Positions 1-8,778 of a stretch of 64,000 bases of DNA are shown one piece after another (the stretch's first letter is position 1; each line of letters opens with the position of its first letter). The DNA lies in the NCBI GenBank assembly GCA_025449535.1, contig JANWJF010000001.1:303344-367343 (forward strand). The letters are read 5' to 3'. Source of the stretch: Candidatus Saccharimonadia bacterium. GTDB lineage: Bacteria > Patescibacteriota > SICC01. The position numbers and the translations under genes were made by a program. The notes below the pieces were generated by a model. The model was given only the letters and a program-made list of their open reading frames with translations. It was not told the origin of the DNA and ran no database searches.

Positions 1-3000
1 GTCGCTTTCGACCGGCAGGTCGACCGTTCGTGATCCTCCCGGGTAATCGACCCTGACCCGATAGCTGTCGTACCCCGGAGGCGGCGTGCCGTTCGGGTCG
101 GGGTTCGGTCGGTTGTAATAACCGAGCGTGAGGTCGTACAGACCCGGTTGGACGCCGTCGAGTTGATACGACCAGACCGCCGGAGCGTTGTTGGTACCGC
201 CGCATGCCCCCGGCAAGTTACCCGCTCCACCGCAGAAGAAGGATACGGAGTTGGGGTATGGAGCATAGTTGGTCAAACAGTAGGCATTGGCGCCGCTGCC
301 GAACTGGCAGCTATTGAAGTCACTGCCGTCCTTCGTCACCGACACGTTGTTCAATTGATCCGGATTCGTGCCGAAGTCGAGCTTGTAGCTGGCCTGCCGG
401 TCGTCACCGTTGCTGACCAAGCTCTCCGGGGTGTCGTTGAACCCGTTACTGCGGTTCGGGATCACCCGGGAGACCGTCGGCTGGACCCGCCGTTCCGTCC
501 CGTTATTGTATTGCACGGTGATCGGGAACTGCGGGTTGTCCTGGATCGGCTCGAAGTCACGAACGGAGCCAAGATAGTCGTAGATCTGATACCGCTTGGT
601 CGGCGTCTCGCCGGTGTTCCGGAGCGTCGTCTCCACCTGGACGGTCTGGCCGTCGGTCACGCTGTCCACCACCGCGCCGTTCAGGTCCTTGAACTTCTTG
701 GTGGAACCGGGCGGCAGCAGGTTGGGCCGGCTGTTCTTATGGAAGGTGGCACCGACCGGCGGGCCGAACCGGCGGTAGTTCAACGTGGGTTGGCTGCTGA
801 TCGGTATCGGGTAGCCCGAGTCGACGGTCGCCTGCGGGGTCGAGCGCGACCGGAAGAGGTCGGGGAGGGCGGGCAGCTCCGAGGCGCCGAACCGGTCCTC
901 GCCGCTGGCAGTCCAGGTCACGTCCGCACCTTCCGGCACGTCCTCTTGCAGGAACTGCGTGAGCGTCTTGTTCGGAACGCTCCGGGACGACCCGTTCACG
1001 GTCCAGCTCACGGGGCGCACGTCGTCGCTGGTATAGGTCCGGTTGTTGCCGCTCCCGTAACCGAAGGTACCGAGGTTCTTCAGCCAGCCGCCCCAGCTAT
1101 CACTGTTGAGTCCGCTGCGATTGAAGCTGGTGACGACGTTGGTCTGGCCGTCCTTCGTCCAGCTGATCGCGAAGTATGGCCTGACCTGGTTGTTTTCCGG
1201 GTCTTTCAGGACGATGGCCAGCTTGGAGCAGTTGTAGTTCACGTTGCCCGTGTTGGTAGGATTGTCCGGATCGGCCGAGACGATGGTGGCTACGGGACCC
1301 TTGTTCACGCGGAACTTGATCGCCGTGGTGCATTTTTCGACCGGACCGGGGTTCACGCAGGCCTGCCAGCTGTAATCGGTGTTCGCGCTGAAGGAATTCG
1401 CCTGGATCGGGACGCGGACCTGGTGCGTGCCCGGCTCGACGCTCGTGTTCGACTGGTCCACGCGGGCGACTTCTGCTCCGGTACTGGACTGGTTTACCTT
1501 GACGTAGTGCTTCACCAGCCCGCGGGTCTCCGGCAGCGTGTACTGGAACGCGAAGTCGATGATCGCATCGCCGGCGTTGTTCATCTGGTTGAAGTTCTCC
1601 CGACCGTTATACCGATACTTGCTGGCGTGCGCCTTGGGCGTGTGCGCGGTCACGCTGAAGTCGCTCGTGGCCAGGCACGTCGGCCAGTAGCCCCAGGTGA
1701 ACGGTGCGCCGCCTTGGGCCAGGTTGTTACCGTCGTTCCAGTGGTGGATGTTCAGTCGCCCGCTGAGCTGTTCGTTCGCCCGCCACAGGGGGTTGTAGGG
1801 GCTTCCTGACCCGGCCGGGTCATCAAGGAAAATGGCCCAGCCAGGATATGTCTGCCAAGTACCGCTGATTGAGCCGGAAGCAACTTGTCTCGTGATGCCA
1901 TCCGGCGCGTTATACCCGGAAGTGTTCAGGGTATTATTTTCGTTAAGCGTCCCGACGCGTTCCACCTGCGCGCTGATGTTTTGGTCACCCCCAGGTGGAG
2001 AACCTTCGAAGCCGCCCTTCGGTCCGTCATCCCAGTCGGCATTACCGGCCTTGAAGAGAGCTCCGCCACCGGTGGTTGGGCCGGTCGGTCCTCGATGTGA
2101 CCAATCATCGTTGCGACAACCTGCACCACCGGCCTGGAATCGCAAACCACGATACGACTGCCCGGCCATTTCCTCATACTCATGGTCCTGGCCCGGTTCG
2201 TTCGCCACCCCACCTACCGGACCGTAGCTGATATTGAAGGCAATGCTTGCCGGCGCACTGGCTAGGAACTCCTTGCCACCAGCCAGGTCCTTTGGGGTCC
2301 GCAAGAAATAGCCGTTCTGAACCAGGGGACCGCTAAGGTTGCGGCTCTGGGCGTACCGAAGGATGATTTCCGGACAGCGTAGCGTGTTAAAAGCAGCTGC
2401 GGTCAAGCAGCCATTATTCCAACTACCACTTCTTTGAATGTCATTAACATGTGTTACATACCCGTTAAAGCGGTCTTCAAAGACGACTGCCTTGATGAGA
2501 AACACGTAGTTTCCATTCAGGTTAGGGTAGTACGAACTCAAGAATCGTGCATTCGAATCCACTTGGCTAAAGTTTGCAGAACTCATTGTTCCGCTGTCAC
2601 CCCTAGTCCGGTCATAACAGAAGACGCGGTGCTCGTGTTCCTTGTTGGTGTGCGAACCGGGAACATCGCCGTGACTGTCCCAACCCCAGAAGCAGTTGCC
2701 ACCATCCTCGTAGTTACCAGGACTCCGATTGTAAAAAAGGAGCTTATTCGGATTCAGAAGATAGAAACCAGGGAATTGCTGAAAAGGACTTGCATCCGTA
2801 ATTCCTGAACCGTCCGGGTGGGAATGTGGGTCTCCGTAGTCGACCGGAACGTTATTTTCAAACTGGGCGCAGAAGACCCGGTGCGAATGCCAATTACCCG
2901 CATCGTCGCCAGCGAGAGTATTCGGGCTGTTCCACTCCCAGAAGCAGTTACCGCCACTTTGGTGGTTCGAAGGATGAGTATTGAACTGATCGTGGGCATT

Positions 3001-3909
3001 GTCGTTACGGTTCAACTGGCTCGTGTCTCCGGTTGCACTGCCGGGATTGTGGTGACTGTGCGGAGTATCACCGCTCCCGTGCTCATGACTCCGGCTATCG
3101 TTCTGCCTCACCACCCAAACGTGATCCGCCTCATGGACATGTGATTTATTGCTGTCCCGGCGCACGTTAAAGCATGGATCACTCCCCCCATACCGCCCAT
3201 CACAACTATCCTGTGCGGAGCCATCAAGCGTAATGCGGTTGGTTATTGCGCTACTGGGACCACCTGGTGCGTTAATTTCAAAGGTCCGCCAACAGGGGCC
3301 GTTGGCGCCATTCGAGTACTTGCACCCGTCGTTCGAATTCGGCTGGTTGTCGGTCGTCGGGAATATGTTACGGTCGCGCGGGTTGATGACGCCAAGCAAT
3401 CGGCCATCGCGCGGTCCGCCATTGGATAGCTGATACACCTCGTAGTACACCGGCGAGAGGAATCCGTGCTTCTTGGAAAGGTCGACTATCCCATCCACAT
3501 TCGCCTGGTCGCGGTCGTATCGATCCTGGCCTCCTGAATTATCCTCCGACCAATGCCCGCCACGCAGTTCAAACTTCACATTGGGCGTGGTCGAGCTGAC
3601 GAAGTACTGGTTTGGCATATAGGCCGCGGCCGTTCCGGCCGAGCCGGTCGGTCGATGCACAACTTGGCTCAAGCGCGCGCCGTCGGGAGAAGATCCACCG
3701 GGCGCTGATTGAGGCAATTGGTCCACCGGCGGGTGGATGACGTAATTATTGCGTTGGATCGTGTCACGAAAGTCGCCACCGCCCGTCCCCCACCACTGGT
3801 CACCCATGGCCAACGCGGTAGGTATCATCACGCCCAACACGAGAACGGCAACTGTGAGCAGTCGCCATCGCATGCGAAGTTTTCGTACCTGTAGTAGTTT
3901 TTGTTTCAT
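1..3909 (-). CDS. Very large secreted/surface protein (>1300 aa, 3' end outside window); His/Cys-rich N-terminal region, Ig-like/DUF11-like C-terminal region
   Basis: ATG at 3909 (MKQKLLQVRKLRMRWRLLTVAVLVLGVMIPTALA, signal-peptide-like). The frame stays open to the window edge, so it is absent from the ORF track. Promoter at 3935-3963. Confidence 0.85.
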   Translation of the reverse strand, partial: MKQKLLQVRKLRMRWRLLTVAVLVLGVMIPTALAMGDQWWGTGGGDFRDTIQRNNYVIHPPVDQLPQSAPGGSSPDGARLSQVVHRPTGSAGTAAAYMPNQYFVSSTTPNVKFELRGGHWSEDNSGGQDRYDRDQANVDGIVDLSKKHGFLSPVYYEVYQLSNGGPRDGRLLGVINPRDRNIFPTTDNQPNSNDGCKYSNGANGPCWRTFEINAPGGPSSAITNRITLDGSAQDSCDGRYGGSDPCFNVRRDSNKSHVHEADHVWVVRQNDSRSHEHGSGDTPHSHHNPGSATGDTSQLNRNDNAHDQFNTHPSNHQSGGNCFWEWNSPNTLAGDDAGNWHSHRVFCAQFENNVPVDYGDPHSHPDGSGITDASPFQQFPGFYLLNPNKLLFYNRSPGNYEDGGNCFWGWDSHGDVPGSHTNKEHEHRVFCYDRTRGDSGTMSSANFSQVDSNARFLSSYYPNLNGNYVFLIKAVVFEDRFNGYVTHVNDIQRSGSWNNGCLTAAAFNTLRCPEIILRYAQSRNLSGPLVQNGYFLRTPKDLAGGKEFLASAPASIAFNISYGPVGGVANEPGQDHEYEEMAGQSYRGLRFQAGGAGCRNDDWSHRGPTGPTTGGGALFKAGNADWDDGPKGGFEGSPPGGDQNISAQVERVGTLNENNTLNTSGYNAPDGITRQVASGSISGTWQTYPGWAIFLDDPAGSGSPYNPLWRANEQLSGRLNIHHWNDGNNLAQGGAPFTWGYWPTCLATSDFSVTAHTPKAHASKYRYNGRENFNQMNNAGDAIIDFAFQYTLPETRGLVKHYVKVNQSSTGAEVARVDQSNTSVEPGTHQVRVPIQANSFSANTDYSWQACVNPGPVEKCTTAIKFRVNKGPVATIVSADPDNPTNTGNVNYNCSKLAIVLKDPENNQVRPYFAISWTKDGQTNVVTSFNRSGLNSDSWGGWLKNLGTFGYGSGNNRTYTSDDVRPVSWTVNGSSRSVPNKTLTQFLQEDVPEGADVTWTASGEDRFGASELPALPDLFRSRSTPQATVDSGYPIPISSQPTLNYRRFGPPVGATFHKNSRPNLLPPGSTKKFKDLNGAVVDSVTDGQTVQVETTLRNTGETPTKRYQIYDYLGSVRDFEPIQDNPQFPITVQYNNGTERRVQPTVSRVIPNRSNGFNDTPESLVSNGDDRQASYKLDFGTNPDQLNNVSVTKDGSDFNSCQFGSGANAYCLTNYAPYPNSVSFFCGGAGNLPGACGGTNNAPAVWSYQLDGVQPGLYDLTLGYYNRPNPDPNGTPPPGYDSYRVRVDYPGGSRTVDLPVESD

Positions 3910-3934
3910 CGGCAGGAACGTGGGAAATTAGGAA

Positions 3935-3963
3935 ACTATACCATCTATCTGCCTTAGTGTCAA
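3935..3963 (-). promoter_or_regulatory. sigma70 promoter TTGACA-17-TATAGT
   Basis: Consensus boxes with 17-nt spacer, about 25 nt upstream of ATG 3909. Confidence 0.75.
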
Positions 3964-4122
3964 TCTACCTGAATTTCGGCAAAACAAAAACCGCCGCGAC
4001 TCTGGACATCACCTCCTTTCAGGAGAGTAGACGATAAAGAGTGTACTATGCGTCGGTTCTTGCCAGTCGAAGCCCCGTAAATAGGACTGCAACTTAGATT
4101 GACGACCAAGCGGAACGCTTGA

Positions 4123-4923
4123 TCATGCGCGTTTCTTGACTACCCGGTTTGCACCATTCTTTCCCACGACCCACGGGATCTCGATGGCTCGCATGCGTCC
4201 TTGTATGGGGTCGTAATAGGGAACGGACTGTTGGACGCCCATCGACAGCCCGCACCATTTGTACTCGCGGCATAGCCGCTGGACGGCTTTCCGGTTAATA
4301 ACGAGCCGGATGACGTGATGGTTGCCAGCTGGCAATGCAGGCAACTCGACAACCTTTCGCTTTTTCTTGGGGTTGCCGACGAGCCTGCCGCCTTCGCGAG
4401 CACCCAGGGTGAGGTCGAACTCATTCTTGATCGTGGTCCGGCCTTCATAACTGACGATCGCCACGAATTGCTTCTTCGTCCTCACGATCCTGGTCTGGAG
4501 ATTATTCACTGAGCCAAGAGTCGACAGCGGGAAACTGAGGCGACCGACCTCATCCTGTGTAGTGGGACCAGACGCTATGGCCACCATGGTGAATGTGTAG
4601 TCTTCATCGGTTGGCCCTAGATCAGCCACCCAGCGACTCATGCCTCCTGGCGGCCCCTGTTCGACAGGGGTAACGCTTCGGATGACGAGAGACGGACCGG
4701 TAAACCCACCGTATTCCGCCACGGGTTCCGTGAGGTCAAAATATTGCGCCTCCGACACAACCCTGAATTCGAGTGACTTCGGCAGTGTTGTCGGCTGGCT
4801 GACGTCCGTCACCAGACAGATCTTGCCGTCTTCCGAGCACTGTTCGGCCTGGGCCGTACCTGCGAGCGCGATGCTGAGGACGAGCCCCAGCAGCGCGATG
4901 GTCTTGAATCGCTTGCTGCTCAT
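4123..4923 (-). CDS. Secreted hypothetical protein
   Basis: AAAGGAGG SD before ATG 4923; signal peptide MSSKRFKTIALLGLVLSIALAGTAQA. Confidence 0.8.
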   Translation of the reverse strand: MSSKRFKTIALLGLVLSIALAGTAQAEQCSEDGKICLVTDVSQPTTLPKSLEFRVVSEAQYFDLTEPVAEYGGFTGPSLVIRSVTPVEQGPPGGMSRWVADLGPTDEDYTFTMVAIASGPTTQDEVGRLSFPLSTLGSVNNLQTRIVRTKKQFVAIVSYEGRTTIKNEFDLTLGAREGGRLVGNPKKKRKVVELPALPAGNHHVIRLVINRKAVQRLCREYKWCGLSMGVQQSVPYYDPIQGRMRAIEIPWVVGKNGANRVVKKRA

Positions 4924-5117
4924 TTGAGGCCTCCTTTCATCACGAAAGCAGACGGTAGTGCCTGTTTCCTTAGCCTCCTCACACACCCGAACACTCGGGG
5001 TCGCGAGGAGGCCAAGGATATCGCGTGCCTGTTTGTGAAACTGCGGGAACGGGGATTCAGTATATAAAAATCCCGGCCTGTTTTCGCCGGGATATCCCCT
5101 GTCCTCGTTGTAGCCGC

Positions 5118-5146
5118 ACCATATCGCTACTTTTTACCTTTGTCAA
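5118..5146 (-). promoter_or_regulatory. sigma70 promoter TTGACA-17-TATGGT giving a ~190-nt 5' leader
   Basis: Boxes seen with 17-nt spacing. Confidence 0.65.
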
Positions 5147-5203
5147 GGTGTTTTTAGTCAAAATAGGAACGGTTTTCCACGTATGCGTTGCTAGAATAAC
5201 CCT

Positions 5204-5449
5204 ATGGCCGACGTCGCCAAGCTCATCCTCGCCCTGCATACGGACGTGACCCGCGGCTTCCGGTCGATGAACGTCCGGCTCGACGGGCATGACGACCGGC
5301 TGGATCGCATCGAGGCCAAGCTCGAGCAGCATGACCGGCGGTTCGTGGCTATCGACGACCGGTTCGATCGGGTGGACGAGCGATTCGACGGGATCGATCG
5401 GGAGCTCGAACAAATCAGGCGACGGCTTGGCGTATTAGAAACGACCTGA
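5204..5449 (+). CDS. Small coiled-coil heptad-repeat protein
   Basis: Repeats such as RFDRVDERFDGIDRE; TAGAAT -10 just upstream of ATG. Confidence 0.75.
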   Translation: MADVAKLILALHTDVTRGFRSMNVRLDGHDDRLDRIEAKLEQHDRRFVAIDDRFDRVDERFDGIDRELEQIRRRLGVLETT

Positions 5450-6115
5450 CTACTTCTCGACGGTATTCCCCTCAGGCGGAACCGGGTTCGCCTTGAGGAT
5501 CCGGGCGACGTGCACGAGGTTGTGCGCGGTCCACTTGGCCGTACGCACGGTGTACGGATGCTGCTCCCCGCCGGCCTTAATGAAGCTGTCGCCCGGTCCG
5601 GCCGGACCGACCCAATACGTGTCGACGTTCGGTGGCACGGTGAAGCCGAGGTGGCCGAGGTTGTACAGCGTAGTCCCACAGGCGTCGTGCGCGCCGTCCT
5701 CGTTGCCGGTCACCGCCACGCCGGCGACCTTGTTGTACATCGGGAACTGCCCCACGTCGTTCGTCTCCATATACACGCCGTCAAGCCGCTCGATCACCCG
5801 CTGGGCGATGCTCCCGCGCACGCCGAACCAGATCGGCGTACCGAGCACGAAGATGTCCGCCGCCTTGATCTTGTCGAGTAGCTTCGGCCACTCGTCTTGC
5901 TTACCATTGACCTTTCCTTCATCGGAGGTCACGCCCGGCGGCACGTGGTAATCGACCACGCGGACCGTCTCGTGCGTCACGTCGAGGCCGTCGAAGTGCT
6001 TCGCGACCATCTTGAGCAGCGCCTCGGTGTTGGACGTCTCGGGAGACGCCTTGAGCGTGCAGTTGAAGAGGACGGCGGAAAGCTTAGGACTGTTTTCGAC
6101 GGGTCGCTTGGACAT
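5450..6115 (-). CDS. Flavodoxin-family / NADPH-dependent FMN reductase
   Basis: SNTEALL, ADIFVLGTPIWFG and GNEDG motifs; start trimmed to ATG 6115 because the longer ORF overlaps the tRNA. Confidence 0.85.
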   Translation of the reverse strand: MSKRPVENSPKLSAVLFNCTLKASPETSNTEALLKMVAKHFDGLDVTHETVRVVDYHVPPGVTSDEGKVNGKQDEWPKLLDKIKAADIFVLGTPIWFGVRGSIAQRVIERLDGVYMETNDVGQFPMYNKVAGVAVTGNEDGAHDACGTTLYNLGHLGFTVPPNVDTYWVGPAGPGDSFIKAGGEQHPYTVRTAKWTAHNLVHVARILKANPVPPEGNTVEK

Positions 6116-6165
6116 CGGATACAGCATACTACTAGCCGGGAGCGACAACCTATAAGCTATAGGTA

Positions 6166-6242
6166 CGGGGCGTGGCGCAGTCTGGCAGCGCGTACGGCTG
6201 GGGGCCGTGAGGTCGCCGGTTCGAATCCGGCCGCCCCGACCA
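6166..6242 (+). tRNA. tRNA-Pro(GGG)
   Basis: Cloverleaf CGGGGCG...CGCCCCGACCA; anticodon loop CT-GGG-GG; GGTTCGAATCC T-arm. Confidence 0.95.
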
Positions 6243-6257
6243 AGTTTGCTAGCTCGG

Positions 6258-6285
6258 TTGACATGTTTTTTATTAGAGGCATAAT
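6258..6285 (+). promoter_or_regulatory. sigma70 promoter TTGACA-16-CATAAT for an unassigned RNA
   Basis: Near-consensus boxes in an AT-rich patch. Confidence 0.7.
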
Positions 6286-6292
6286 GTGACTC

Positions 6293-6568
6293 ACGTTCGG
6301 GTGTCCAGGGGCCTGGGTTCCACGGCATGAGGGAGAGTTACCGGAACCTGGGAGTGACAACCGAGCAAGCAGCGGACGATCGTCAGGGTTACACGTCGTC
6401 CGTCACCATCCGCTCCGTCCAATACCAATAGACTACCGTACACCGACACAACGGCGGTCTTAGAAAAACGGGGGGAAATAGCGGAGCGGTAACACAGGGT
6501 CCGGAGCGGCGAGCTGATAAGGGAAACAAGGACCACCTCCCCTTCAGCCAACGCCCCCGGACCCGACT
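6293..6568 (+). ncRNA. Unassigned structured RNA, ~275 nt
   Basis: Own promoter and terminator; ends pair (6297-6312 with 6553-6566); several internal helices; no convincing ORF. Confidence 0.6.
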
Positions 6569-6580
6569 TCTTTGCACTAC

Positions 6581-6615
6581 AAAACCGCGCGCTTCGGATG
6601 AAGCACGCGGTTTTT
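6581..6615. terminator. Bidirectional intrinsic terminator
   Basis: AAAACCGCG-CGCTTC...GAAGC-ACGCGGTTTTT hairpin flanked by A and T tracts. Confidence 0.8.
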
Positions 6616-6619
6616 CCTT

Positions 6620-6744
6620 GCGTCCGGAACCGGTATTGAAAACCTGGTGATAGCCAGGTGGGTGCCCGCAGTCGTAATCGCCACGGCGACCGACAATCTG
6701 AGGCTCCCGTTAACGAAATGAAGGTTCAATACGCGGCCGGACGC
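6620..6744 (-). ncRNA. ssrS: 6S RNA (compact)
   Basis: Closing stem GCGTCCGG..GTATTGAA / TTCAATAC..CCGGACGC with a central bubble. TTGAACC, CGGGAGC and GGGCACCCACCTG segments resemble Terrabacteria 6S RNAs (recalled, not searched). Confidence 0.7.
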
Positions 6745-6751
6745 CCCGATA

Positions 6752-7429
6752 TTACACCAAGCCCGCTGGAAAGGCTTTGACGAAATAACCGAAGACGCCG
6801 ATGACCGGATCCAGTATCGTACCGAGGATGCGGGAGTCGAAGACGATCGCGGTCAGGAAGACGGCGATCAGGATGACCGGCCCGACCCGCAGATACTCCT
6901 GATAGGCATGCTGGAACCGGTGCGGCACCAGGATACCGATCGCCTTCGAGCCGTCCAGCGGCGGGATCGGCAGCAGGTTGAAGGCGGCCAGCAGGATGTT
7001 GATATCCGTCACGATGGTCGTGAACTGGAGCCAGGTCTGGTTGACCGCGGTGACGTCGCCGCCGGTGAGGTCGATGATCCGGAGCGGCAGCGCGAAGATG
7101 AACGCCACGACCAGATTGGTGACGATGCCGGCGATCGAGACGTAGAAGTCGCCAAGCTTGCCGTCGCGGAGGTTGGCCGGATTCACCGGGACCGGCTTGC
7201 CCCAGCCGATACCGGCGAAGAGGAACAGTAACGAGCCCGCCGGGTCGAGGTGCGCCTTGGGGTTCAGCGAGACGCGACCGAACATCCGGGCGGTCTGGTC
7301 GCCCTGCCGGGCCGCGACCCAGGCGTGGGCGAACTCATGGACGGTCAGTGCGATTACGATCGCGATCAGCACGAACACCGCCTGGAGCGGGCTGGCCGTG
7401 AAGTAATCGAGGATGAAGATTCCGGTCAC
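6752..7429 (-). CDS. Site-2 protease, M50 family
   Basis: HEFAH and FNLLPIPPLDG motifs. Confidence 0.92.
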   Translation of the reverse strand: MTGIFILDYFTASPLQAVFVLIAIVIALTVHEFAHAWVAARQGDQTARMFGRVSLNPKAHLDPAGSLLFLFAGIGWGKPVPVNPANLRDGKLGDFYVSIAGIVTNLVVAFIFALPLRIIDLTGGDVTAVNQTWLQFTTIVTDINILLAAFNLLPIPPLDGSKAIGILVPHRFQHAYQEYLRVGPVILIAVFLTAIVFDSRILGTILDPVIGVFGYFVKAFPAGLV

Positions 7430-7476
7430 GGCCTTTAGTGTACCTGGCGCCTGCGGTCACGCTATACTGGTGCGGT

Positions 7477-7806
7477 ATGTCATCCACGAGAAAGAACGCC
7501 CATCCCAAGAACAACCGGCGCAGCCGCAAGGCCAAGGCGCTGGCGAAGCTCGGTGTCGTCGAGAAGCGGCCGACCTCCGGTCATAACGTCTCGCATGCGC
7601 TGAACCGGACCAAGCGCCTCTTCCGACCGAACCTCCAGAAGACGAAGGTGCTCGTCGACGGCAAGCTGGTCAGCCTGAAGCTGGACGCGAAGACGATCCG
7701 CACCCTGACCAAGCAGCAGAAGGAGCGCACGCCGGTGAAGCCGAAAAAGCGCGCTCCCAAGTGGAACAAGAAAGCGGCCCCGAAAGCTGCTGCTGCCAAG
7801 AAGTAG
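7477..7806 (+). CDS. rpmB: 50S ribosomal protein bL28 with N- and C-terminal basic extensions
   Basis: GHNVSHALNRTKRLFRPNLQ core. Confidence 0.9.
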   Translation: MSSTRKNAHPKNNRRSRKAKALAKLGVVEKRPTSGHNVSHALNRTKRLFRPNLQKTKVLVDGKLVSLKLDAKTIRTLTKQQKERTPVKPKKRAPKWNKKAAPKAAAAKK

Positions 7807-7815
7807 CCGGGTCGT

Positions 7816-8466
7816 TTACTTGCGCGTCAGTTCCTCGTCGGGACGTTCCAGATAGTTCGGCGTACCGGCGGCGTCTTCCGTCCAGACGCGGCCAGCCAGG
7901 TCGTCCTCCTTGGAAAACCGTCCCGGCGTCCCCTTCAACCAGTTCCAGAGGTCCTTCGCCGCAGACGAGACGCTCTTGGTCTCGGTGAACGTCGGCTGGT
8001 GGTCGGCCGGCATGAACATGCCGTTGTCCTGCGGTTCGGGGGCCGGCAGTTCCTCGGGCGCGTTTTCGATCGCCTTGGTGGAGGACTCGCCCGCGATGCC
8101 CGCGGACCCCAGACGCCCACGCAGCTCCTCGAGTCGCTCCGAGACGTGCTCGGCGTCCGCCATCAGCCGATCGTACGTCACCTCGGCGATGAACCCGAGG
8201 TCGCGCGCGACCAGCAGCGAGTACTTCGTCTCTTCCAGCGTCGTGATCGCCTCCGTGATCCGGCTCGAGAACTCGGCCTCGTCCTTGCGGGCGTGTCCGG
8301 CCACGATGCTCGAGGCGACGCCGACGGCCCGCTTGCGCAGGTCCAGTCCCAGCGCCTGCCGCTCGTCCTGCGGAAGCTGGCTGGCCACCTTGTAGACGTC
8401 CAGCGTCAGCCGGTGGGCCAGCTTCCAGGTCTCGACGGCGAATTGGGTGGTCGACGGTTCGGACAT
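7816..8466 (-). CDS. Four-helix-bundle protein (23S rRNA IVP/Avd-like family) with acidic C-terminal tail
   Basis: WKLAHRLTLDVYK...LPQDE...LRKRAVGVASSIVAG...ETKYSLLVARDLGFI. Confidence 0.8.
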   Translation of the reverse strand: MSEPSTTQFAVETWKLAHRLTLDVYKVASQLPQDERQALGLDLRKRAVGVASSIVAGHARKDEAEFSSRITEAITTLEETKYSLLVARDLGFIAEVTYDRLMADAEHVSERLEELRGRLGSAGIAGESSTKAIENAPEELPAPEPQDNGMFMPADHQPTFTETKSVSSAAKDLWNWLKGTPGRFSKEDDLAGRVWTEDAAGTPNYLERPDEELTRK

Positions 8467-8526
8467 CTGTCCCCGATTGTACATGAGATTCCTACAATCG
8501 AGCACGTTCGGGCCATACACGGGCAA

Positions 8527-8715
8527 TTATTCAGAACTTCTGACGAACGCCGGTAATTCCATGCCCAGTTCGGCAGCGATCTCTTCAAGAGTCCGGTCTT
8601 CCCCGCTCGCGGCTTGTCGCTCCTCAACTGTCCGGATGATAGCCCGGTTCTCCGGTGTATCATCCTCGGGTTTTACAAAGTCGATATCTCCTTCACCTAT
8701 GCTTTCCTCAGGCAT
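8527..8715 (-). CDS. Small acidic hypothetical protein
   Basis: AGGAGG SD before ATG; lower GC than neighbours. Confidence 0.55.
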   Translation of the reverse strand: MPEESIGEGDIDFVKPEDDTPENRAIIRTVEERQAASGEDRTLEEIAAELGMELPAFVRSSE

Positions 8716-8778
8716 TTTCACCTCCTAGTGTGAATAACAAGTCAGCATACTCCTATCGGCCGGTTTGCCAAGCGGCCG

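Noticed and set aside
148-1809. 553-aa plus-strand ORF
   Set aside because: Antisense shadow of the large minus-strand gene; unnatural V/R/G composition
2615-2960. TR/VR pair or CRISPR-like repeat
   Set aside because: In-frame protein repeat with indels and mismatches not restricted to adenines
6293-6568. Assignment as tmRNA, RNase P RNA or SRP RNA
   Set aside because: No T-arm/CCA end, no GAGGAAAGTCC/CGGCTTA P4 pair, no GGAAG..GCAG helix-8 motif; only vague resemblance
7816-8466. Avd gene of a DGR cassette
   Set aside because: No adjacent reverse transcriptase or TR/VR pair; stand-alone four-helix-bundle genes are common
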